Positions 51,278 to 57,947 of a stretch of DNA of 64,000 nt are shown here, in pieces. The translations under genes were made by a program, and so were the position numbers. A model generated the notes under the pieces. That model had not been told where the DNA came from. It saw nothing but the letters and a program-made list of their open reading frames with translations, and did no database searches. The stretch comes from an uncultured virus (IMG/VR IMGVR_UViG_2609460245_000002). Taxonomy: Duplodnaviria > Heunggongvirae > Uroviricota > Caudoviricetes. The stretch's first letter is position 1; every line of letters starts with the position of its first letter. The stretch spans positions 1 to 64,000 of the IMG/VR virus record IMGVR_UViG_2609460245_000002, one strand, 5' to 3'.

Positions 51278-52717
51278 TTATGCGTTATTTGCAGCGGCGT
51301 TGTCTCTGCCGGCTGCGGATGTTGATGCACCATTACCTACTCCAGCTTTACCTGCCTGAGACTGACCACCCATGATATTATCCACATCAACAGGCTCGTC
51401 GTCTGGTCGAGGCTTAATCTTGAGAGCTTTGCGAATCTTGTTGTAAACCTCACGGTCACGTTCAAGACCACCGACAGAACCGATTCTCTGAATCCCTTTC
51501 GAGAACTCTTCGAGGTCGATCTCATCTAGCTCACCATATTGCAGCTTCGGCAAGTCTGGACTATAATCACCATTCAGTGCGAACAGCGTAGGAATGAGTT
51601 TGTTATCTAGTACGTCTTTGATTTCGCGGAGCCGCGATTCAATCGCCATTGCCATGATGTTGGTCTTGGCACCAGCCAGAGAGTAAGAACCAACTTGGTC
51701 TTGACCCATCTTCAGCATATCGGCAAACAAGGCTTGCAGAATTTTGTTGTCCCAGCGACGAATGATGGCATCTGTATCATACATCTTACTGCCCTGCGAA
51801 GAGGTCAGTTCGAATTTGAACAGAGGTTGTCGGCTTTCTGGGTCAAACGCTTGAGGAAGGATAAGTCCAGATTGTTCATTCATTTGAATGTTACGAATTA
51901 CTCGCTTGTAGTATTCGTAGACTGCACTCTCAGCTTCTGTAGCATCTTCGGACATATATCGAGGAGGCAGATAGAGCGTAGGCATACCGTTCATATCGCG
52001 TGTTACGCCAACGGACTCTTGCTCTTCAATCTCTACTCGATATCTCCAAGCGTTATAGCACGCACGGAGAGGGCTGTTACCTTCAGGACTGTCACGTTTA
52101 GCATCGACCCGGAAAAGAAGCATCTTCTTAGCTGGAATCTCTACAGTTCCGTCCTTATTACCTAGGTTGACGTAACGGTCGCCATTGACAACATTGGCAA
52201 GACTTTGCTCACACCCTAGGAAGTTTCTACCGTCTTCAGAGTACAACCATTTGGTGATAGTAGACTGAGAGCGGATTGGCAACTTTTTAATACCGAATTT
52301 GTTGTCATTGTACTTCGATACAGGGTATCCTTCACGTCGCTTAAACACCATTTCATGTACGGAGAATCCGTAGGTGTAGAAGCTAGTGACCTCTTTGATG
52401 AAGGAGTACCAACTGTGTTCCATGTCATGCATGCACTCTTTCAGGAATTTACCACGGGCCTTCATAGCCTCGTCGGGGTCAACTCCTAGATCAACTTCCC
52501 AGTCAACCCTACTCATCATCATTTCGAAGAGATCGAGTGCTGATTTGATGGTAGGGTCTTCCGCCATCATTTGGAATGTTCTGCATGCCCTAGGGAACCG
52601 AAGTTCTGGTCGGCGTTCTTCCAGAATAGTACCATTGACTTGTTTAAGGCCTGTACTACCAATCTCGCCTAGGCGAAGTCGCGGGATACCCGGTGCTGTT
52701 TTTTCAGTCTCGGCCAT
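51278..52717 (-). CDS. Portal protein
   Basis: 479 aa after the terminase; YGFSV.E, PEG.S.LR, GSYSL. Confidence 0.85.
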   Translation of the reverse strand: MAETEKTAPGIPRLRLGEIGSTGLKQVNGTILEERRPELRFPRACRTFQMMAEDPTIKSALDLFEMMMSRVDWEVDLGVDPDEAMKARGKFLKECMHDMEHSWYSFIKEVTSFYTYGFSVHEMVFKRREGYPVSKYNDNKFGIKKLPIRSQSTITKWLYSEDGRNFLGCEQSLANVVNGDRYVNLGNKDGTVEIPAKKMLLFRVDAKRDSPEGNSPLRACYNAWRYRVEIEEQESVGVTRDMNGMPTLYLPPRYMSEDATEAESAVYEYYKRVIRNIQMNEQSGLILPQAFDPESRQPLFKFELTSSQGSKMYDTDAIIRRWDNKILQALFADMLKMGQDQVGSYSLAGAKTNIMAMAIESRLREIKDVLDNKLIPTLFALNGDYSPDLPKLQYGELDEIDLEEFSKGIQRIGSVGGLERDREVYNKIRKALKIKPRPDDEPVDVDNIMGGQSQAGKAGVGNGASTSAAGRDNAAANNA

Positions 52718-52729
52718 CGCCGCCTCCTA

Positions 52730-54249
52730 TTAATTTAGTTTGAATTTGTTGGATTGAGTCATATCAGGCGGTAGGAAATCAGGGATAATCAAGCTGCCAA
52801 GAGATAGAGCATTAAATGCATCTGATGTAGCGTCAACTTGGTCATCTTTGATAGCCTTGCTTCCGTCGAATCGCTCAAGTTCATCGAAGTAATCTTCGTT
52901 CCAATCTCCCGCAACGACTTGCACTGATTTAGTTTCAGCTACGGATACGAACGGGGCGAATCGAGTAACTTTCGATTTGTTAGTTGTCTTCGGTCTGGCG
53001 TGGAATCCATGATCCGCTAGGTCTCTAATTAGCTGGGCAGCATAAGCTTTACCAGCAGCACCCGGGTCACATGGGATTTGAATTTCAACGTCTTGACCGT
53101 CTTGCTTGGCTGTTTCTAGAATGAGGTCGAAAACACCTCCGAACAACCTACGCTCTCTGACAACATCCTCGACAGTGAACAAGCCTTCTTTTGTACGGCT
53201 CATCAGCACGCCGGCTGTCCAGTCGGGGTTTCTGTTGGTTTCGGATTCGATGCTACCGCTGATGTCCCATGCACGTACCCTTTTAAGCACCCGTAGAGGC
53301 GGATGGGGAACGATTTGACACCAATCCCTTGTGAAGTATCCAGCTCCCTCTTCTCTAGCGTGCCAGCTACCGTCTAGGAGCTTTTCACGTTCTACCCTAG
53401 GAAGGGCTTCAAGGTTAGCTACATACTCAGGGTCGTTGAGCATCAAGATTGGGTTATCGAAACAGTTAGCCGCGATGAATTTGAAGCTGATAGGCTTCAC
53501 CTGATCTTCATCGTCAGGCGCTAGACTGGGATTACCATGAAGGGCAATGCACTCTTCCTTGGTGTCTCCCCAGAACATCTTACCGCCTTTGCGTACAAAC
53601 CAGCGAGTTACGCCGGAGCGCTCAGGGATCGGGATTCCTGTGTCAGGGTCTAGCCACCATTCAATCCATTTACGAAGGAACGAATTATAATCAGGGTTAC
53701 ATGTAATCTTCATGTGCGGAACAACCGAGCATTTCGGGTTACGCATACGAGAGATAAGGTATGTCACCATGCCTTCTGTGAACTGCTGACCTTCGTCGAC
53801 TAGGAACTTACTAACCTCCCAACCTTGGAAGGAGTCTTTGTCAGATTCTTGTTCGAAGTGTCGAAGGAAAATAACTGCACCAGAAGAGAACACAAACTTG
53901 CCGTCTTTGTCTTTCCACTTGACTTTAGGGTCAACGAGCTTGAATAGGTCTGTTGCTTTTTCAAGCAGACCGCCCGGGCCTTTAATCTGAGGAGTAGTAC
54001 GACGAGTCATTACACCTCGGAAGTTAGGATCATGGATATATTTCATGAAGTCCATTACACCGAGATAAGACTTACCAGCACCAGCAGCACCACCGAATAC
54101 AGTGATCTTTGCATCGCTGTCTGTGAATTCTTTCTGTTTGAAAGATTTTGGACCAATAACATGAGGCTGAGATCGAAATTCTCTCTGGCCTCTTTAAGCG
54201 CTAGCGCGATTGGTCCGAGTTTTTTATCAGGAACCTGCGTGTTTTCCAT
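52730..54249 (-). CDS. terL: Terminase large subunit, 5' frameshift
   Basis: Walker A GGAAGAGKS upstream of the ORF, LVDE Walker B, TCNP, RAWD, DDQVDA. Confidence 0.92.
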
Positions 54250-54308
54250 GCTACAACCTTATAGAGTGTGAACCCTATCGGGAGCTTGCGGGTTCTTTGA
54301 TAGTGAAT

Positions 54309-54383
54309 TGGTGCCCCATTCCTGACTTGAACAGAATTCGCCGGGTTACAAAGCCGGTGCATCACCATAAATGCTTAAAGGGC
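54309..54383 (-). tRNA. tRNA-Thr(TGT)
   Basis: Cloverleaf with encoded CCA. Confidence 0.8.
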
Positions 54384-54393
54384 AGGGAATAGA

Positions 54394-54446
54394 GCCTGTG
54401 AGACGGGAAAGGAGGAGGAAACCGTTCAGCACAGGCGAGGAGGAAA
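54394..54446 (-). ncRNA. Hairpin with anti-SD loop
   Basis: GCCUGUG/CACAGGC stem; UUUCCUCCUC present twice. Confidence 0.45.
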
Positions 54447-54449
54447 GAG

Positions 54450-54567
54450 TGTCATGTTGTGGAATCGAACCACCTATCGCTCTGCTGCGAGAGCCCGCTA
54501 TTCTCGCTTTACTGGCTTACGATCCAGAGAGCCTAAAAGCGTCAACGCGATATACCATTGCACGACA
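54450..54567 (-). ncRNA. tRNA-like RNA with expanded anticodon domain
   Basis: Acceptor UGUCGUG/CAUGACA; T arm GUGG-UUCGAUU-CCAC. Confidence 0.55.
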
Positions 54568-54568
54568 T

Positions 54569-54644
54569 TGGTTGGAGGCGGGGACTCGAACCCCAACAAT
54601 CGGGTCACAACCGAAAGGCAGCATCCGGGCTACACAATCTCCAC
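54569..54644 (-). pseudogene. Degenerate tRNA-His(GTG)
   Basis: T arm, GTG loop and CCA present; D arm and acceptor stem imperfect. Confidence 0.5.
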
Positions 54645-54704
54645 ACGAATAATGCCAAGCCGGCTGAAAGCACATACGGAGGAATGTTCCGGCTTGGACT
54701 TGAT

Positions 54705-54780
54705 TGGAGCAGTTACCGGGGATCGAACCCGGAACACCAGATTGAAAGTCTGGCGATTTAACCATTTAATCTATAACTGC
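54705..54780 (-). tRNA. tRNA-Glu(TTC)
   Basis: Cloverleaf, CCA. Confidence 0.9.
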
Positions 54781-54786
54781 TTTATT

Positions 54787-54863
54787 TGGTGGGACCGGGG
54801 CGAATCGAACGCCCGACCTGTGGGATTTCAATCCACCGCTCTAACCTTCTGAGCTACAGTCCC
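54787..54863 (-). tRNA. tRNA-Phe(GAA)
   Basis: Cloverleaf, CCA. Confidence 0.9.
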
Positions 54864-54869
54864 TTTGTT

Positions 54870-54945
54870 TGGAGCGGATAGACGGACTCGAACCGACGAC
54901 GAACTGCTTGGAAGGCAGACGCTCTACCAACTGAGCTATACCCGC
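54870..54945 (-). tRNA. tRNA-Gly(TCC)
   Basis: Cloverleaf, CCA. Confidence 0.9.
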
Positions 54946-54951
54946 TTTAAT

Positions 54952-55029
54952 TGGTCACCCCGGAAGGATTTGAACCTTCGACCTTCTGATTCCAAATCAG
55001 ACACTCTAACCAGACTGAGCTACGAGGAG
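54952..55029 (-). tRNA. tRNA-Pro(TGG)
   Basis: Cloverleaf, CCA. Confidence 0.88.
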
Positions 55030-55092
55030 ATGAATAAGGCCCGTAACGGGCGTTCGACTCTGCTTCTAAAGCGAAGAGTCTCTTTTGGAAAT

Positions 55093-55168
55093 TGGCTGGG
55101 ACGGCAGGGCTCGAACCTGCGACCTGAGAGTTAACAGCTCCCTGCTCTACCAACTGAGCTACATCCCA
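55093..55168 (-). tRNA. tRNA-Asn(GTT)
   Basis: Cloverleaf, CCA. Confidence 0.9.
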
Positions 55169-55178
55169 ATATAAACCT

Positions 55179-55254
55179 TGGAGCCGCGTATCGGATTTGA
55201 ACCGATATGAGACGGATTTGCAATCCGCCGCCTAAACCTCTCGGCCAACGCGGG
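55179..55254 (-). tRNA. tRNA-Cys(GCA)
   Basis: Cloverleaf, U73, CCA. Confidence 0.88.
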
Positions 55255-55259
55255 CTAAA

Positions 55260-55485
55260 TTCATGAGGTTGTTAACCCGGGCCTCCGGGAGATACTGGAT
55301 CACCTCCTATGGCTTACAGCATCTAATTCAAATCTAGGAGCTATAACGGGCCCGAGCCGGACGATTTATACTGGCTGCCAGTAGCTTATCACAGCTACTC
55401 AATTACCCGTGCCAGCTTAGGCGCTTCCCCTTACCGAGATAGGTAGCGACACTGAACCCACCACTTAGGGTTCCTCGGAGTGCAA
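55260..55485 (-). ncRNA. Multi-helix ncRNA candidate in the tRNA cluster
   Basis: At least six helices; AGGAGGUGAUCCAG segment. Confidence 0.55.
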
Positions 55486-55487
55486 TT

Positions 55488-55568
55488 TGGAAGCGAGAGG
55501 TGGAATCGAACCACTTGTATTCGGTTATGAGCCGAGTGACAGCGCCAGCCAGTCTTAACGCTCTCGCT
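55488..55568 (-). tRNA. tRNA-Met(CAT), atypical D arm
   Basis: Acceptor, anticodon and T arms, CCA. Confidence 0.7.
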
Positions 55569-55571
55569 ATT

Positions 55572-55658
55572 TGGTGGTCGAAGGAAGGAATTGAACCTCT
55601 AGCCTATGGCGTCCGGGTTACAGCCGGATGATAGTAGCCATCTATCTCTACAACGACC
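55572..55658 (-). tRNA. tRNA-Tyr(GTA), atypical
   Basis: TCCGG-CTGTAAC-CCGGA, variable arm, CCA. Confidence 0.7.
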
Positions 55659-55662
55659 TTGT

Positions 55663-55741
55663 TGGCGACCCATGTCGGATTCGAACCGACGACCTTGCCC
55701 TAGACAGGGGCTTGCTCTAGTCCAGACTGAGCTAATGGGCC
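55663..55741 (-). tRNA. tRNA-Asp(GTC)
   Basis: Cloverleaf, G73, CCA. Confidence 0.88.
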
Positions 55742-55750
55742 TATAAATTC

Positions 55751-55826
55751 TGGTAGCCAGAGAAGGACTTGAACCTTCAACCATCCGATTATCGGTCGGG
55801 TGCTCTACCAATTGAGCTATCCGGCT
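55751..55826 (-). tRNA. tRNA-Ile(GAT)
   Basis: Cloverleaf, CCA. Confidence 0.9.
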
Positions 55827-55851
55827 ATATTGTTTGTTACTCTATGTACCT

Positions 55852-55879
55852 ATATTATCATGAATTTCTTGTTTGTCAA
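55852..55879 (-). promoter_or_regulatory. Promoter within the tRNA cluster
   Basis: TTGACA-N16-TAATAT with TGn. Confidence 0.65.
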
Positions 55880-55950
55880 CCCCCCCTTCATGATAACTTT
55901 TATAGCGCCGGGGAGGTCTGAAAGCAGCGCTACCTTCGTCAGTCCCCTAG

Positions 55951-56029
55951 CTCTCTCACTATTTGGCCGCCATAGACCGGCCTTAAGTGACCGGGTAGGG
56001 ACTCGAACCCTAACCAAATAGCAAAAGAG
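55951..56029 (-). ncRNA. Circularly permuted tRNA-like RNA (YrlA-like topology)
   Basis: 16-bp closing helix, T arm, loop-closed acceptor-like stem, GG D-like loop. Confidence 0.6.
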
Positions 56030-56039
56030 ATTCTTAATT

Positions 56040-56124
56040 TGGTGGCCCCGGAGGGACTTGAACCCTCAATCCTCTCGGCGTCAGTTTCTAAGACTGATGT
56101 GTATACCAATTCCACCACAGGGCC
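56040..56124 (-). tRNA. tRNA-Leu(TAG)
   Basis: Cloverleaf with variable arm, CCA. Confidence 0.9.
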
Positions 56125-56130
56125 TTAATT

Positions 56131-56220
56131 TGGCAGCGAGTAAAGGAGTCGAACCCTCACCGCTCATCGCAGTGGCCTAGTTTTCTAGACTAGTTCCCGA
56201 CCTACTCAGGGCTACTCGCT
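56131..56220 (-). tRNA. tRNA-Ser(AGA)
   Basis: CTAGT-CTAGAAA-ACTAG, long variable arm, G73, CCA. Confidence 0.75.
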
Positions 56221-56245
56221 AAGTATTTCTTGATCTGATAAGTGT

Positions 56246-56274
56246 ATTAAAACATGAAAAATTCAGTTTGTCAA
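56246..56274 (-). promoter_or_regulatory. Promoter within the tRNA cluster
   Basis: TTGACA-N17-TTTAAT with TGn. Confidence 0.6.
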
Positions 56275-56294
56275 CACTTAAAATCACTTATTTT

Positions 56295-56382
56295 TGGCAG
56301 TGAGCAGTGGTCTCGATCCACATCCGCGCTAGCAGACGTACTCCTTAGCAGGGAGCCTCAGAACCTATCTGATTTACTCACT
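56295..56382 (-). tRNA. tRNA-Ser(GCT), atypical T loop
   Basis: CTCC-CTGCTAA-GGAG, variable arm, T loop ATCGAGA, CCA. Confidence 0.7.
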
Positions 56383-56387
56383 AAAAT

Positions 56388-56464
56388 TGGTTGAACGGGT
56401 GAGACTCGAACTCACTATAAGTCTGGTTAAAAGCCAGATGCTGATCCACTTTAGCTTCCGTCCA
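56388..56464 (-). tRNA. tRNA-Lys(TTT)
   Basis: Cloverleaf, CCA. Confidence 0.85.
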
Positions 56465-56471
56465 TCTAATT

Positions 56472-56546
56472 TGGCGCTCATACTAGGATTCGAACCTAGA
56501 CCTTACGGCTTAGAAGACCGTTGTGCATCCGTTACACTATACGAGC
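56472..56546 (-). tRNA. tRNA-Arg(TCT)
   Basis: Cloverleaf, CCA. Confidence 0.88.
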
Positions 56547-56556
56547 AATTGGCGTC

Positions 56557-56585
56557 ACTATACAGGAGACCTTCTCTCCTGTCAA
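56557..56585 (-). promoter_or_regulatory. Promoter with palindromic spacer
   Basis: TTGACA-N17-TATAGT; ACAGGAGA-N5-TCTCCTGT. Confidence 0.65.
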
Positions 56586-56593
56586 CACTAATT

Positions 56594-56670
56594 TGGCGGG
56601 CCGACTCCGATTCGAACAGAGAATACGAGGATTTGGAATCCAGTAGGTTGCCAATTACGCTCACCGACCC
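56594..56670 (-). tRNA. tRNA-Trp(CCA)
   Basis: Cloverleaf with imperfect anticodon stem, CCA. Confidence 0.75.
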
Positions 56671-56751
56671 TTAATTCTGGAGGACACTTATTACTCGCTG
56701 TCCTCTGAGCGAGACACATTCCTTGTCGGGTGAATGTTCTTTTACTACATT

Positions 56752-56825
56752 TGGCAGCCGCTGATGGGATCGAACCATCATCTCCAGATTCAAAGTCTGG
56801 CGTCCTACCATTGAACGAAGCGGCA
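56752..56825 (-). tRNA. tRNA-Gln(TTG)
   Basis: Cloverleaf, CCA. Confidence 0.88.
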
Positions 56826-56830
56826 ATTAA

Positions 56831-57155
56831 TCAAAACGCGAGAACTACTCCGGGAGTCTTGTCCTCTTCAGTGTTCTCATTATCTCCTGATTCTGTTCCT
56901 TTTGCAAGCTCTTTTTTGAGTGCAATGTCAGCTTTGTAGTAAGCGACGAACATATCAGAAAGCTCTTTTCTTGAGCTTGATTCTCATTTGTAGAGAAACC
57001 TCAGGATTGTCAGATTGCTCTTGTAGGAACCTAATGTTCTCTGCAAAGCTCTTCTTTAGAAGTCTGAGTCCTGCTTTTAGGTCTGTTTGAATGATACCCC
57101 GGGCTTCTAGCTCGGCATTCGTAGGGCGACCGCCCTTGTTTCTTTCTTGAGTCAT
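56831..57155 (-). CDS. Probable terminase small subunit, frameshifted near 56965
   Basis: KGGRPT N-terminus; second frame continues to an acidic tail; first gene of the late strand. Confidence 0.5.
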
Positions 57156-57194
57156 ATTAAATCCTCTGAAGCTTTGTAAGCCCCATATACTCCG

Positions 57195-57222
57195 ATTATA
57201 GCACGAAATCTCCTGTTGTCAA
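57195..57222 (-). promoter_or_regulatory. Promoter of the late/tRNA operon
   Basis: TTGACA-N16-TATAAT with TGn. Confidence 0.75.
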
Positions 57223-57297
57223 GCCCTTAAAGAATTATTCGCACCGTAATCTATTATTTATATGTATTGTCAGAGTACGCGCACTCTATATACAATG

Positions 57298-57486
57298 TCA
57301 GTCCCCGGTCGGCAGAGGAGCGGTAACCCCTTCGCTTGGATACCAACCACCAAAATACTCATGATCCAGTGTAGGATTGAGAGCAAACCTACGGCAAGAG
57401 GAGCAGAGATCGTCCTCCTTACCAGTATGTTTATTGATGACTGGAGTCTCAAACGAGAGTTCGCTATCACAGCACTTACATCTCAT
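57298..57486 (-). CDS. Small zinc-finger protein
   Basis: MRCKCCD...DLCSSC. Confidence 0.55.
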   Translation of the reverse strand: MRCKCCDSELSFETPVINKHTGKEDDLCSSCRRFALNPTLDHEYFGGWYPSEGVTAPLPTGD

Positions 57487-57547
57487 AGAAATTCCTTATG
57501 GGTTGATTGATGGGTTATCTGTGGTATGTGTATCAGGAGAACACCCC

Positions 57548-57826
57548 ATGCAGATAGATTCGGCTAGGGAAGGATAGAGTCGTCCCAAGGCTCGCCATAC
57601 AGAATTTAATCTGCCTAAGACGTGCCTTGGCTCTATCCAATTCCTCTTACTCATGCAGATGAGTTCGGTGAGGGGCAGCATGTAGGCTGCATCGGATTGC
57701 TGTCATTCCGCTTTCGCGTCGTCTCCACCCTTTAACAGCATTCGAGTTCAGGTTGCCCTTGTGGATTCCTCTTCATAGGCGCTAGGCGTGGGCCGGTGAG
57801 TGCTTTCAGACATATCTCTCCCACGC
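57548..57826 (-). ncRNA. Structured ncRNA candidate, copy 2
   Basis: Homologous to 25697-25977 with covarying helices. Confidence 0.75.
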
Positions 57827-57835
57827 TGAATATTG

Positions 57836-57913
57836 ATAATACCACAGATTTCCTCTATGTCAAGCCTTTACCAGAACAAAATGGGTTGACATTCCTGAGA
57901 AACGTGGTATTAT
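57836..57913. promoter_or_regulatory. Divergent promoter pair
   Basis: Minus TTGACA-N16-TATTAT (57863-57836); plus TTGACA-N16-TATTAT (57886-57913). Confidence 0.7.
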
Positions 57914-57947
57914 TGTAAAACACTAACCCGCAAGGAGTAAAAAGAAT

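Noticed and set aside
54450..54567. True tmRNA
   Set aside because: About 118 nt, no tag reading frame and no G3-U70 pair.
54645..54704. HDV-like (theta) ribozyme after tRNA-Glu, suggested by a UCCUC loop
   Set aside because: Only a weak 4-bp P1 is possible and there is no room for P4 or J4/2; kept as a simple hairpin.
55295..55308. rRNA gene fragment
   Set aside because: Only 14 nt match; flanks are unlike 16S or ITS.
54210..56939. ORFs from the track overlapping the tRNA cluster
   Set aside because: They are read-throughs of tRNA genes with no RBS or protein motifs.
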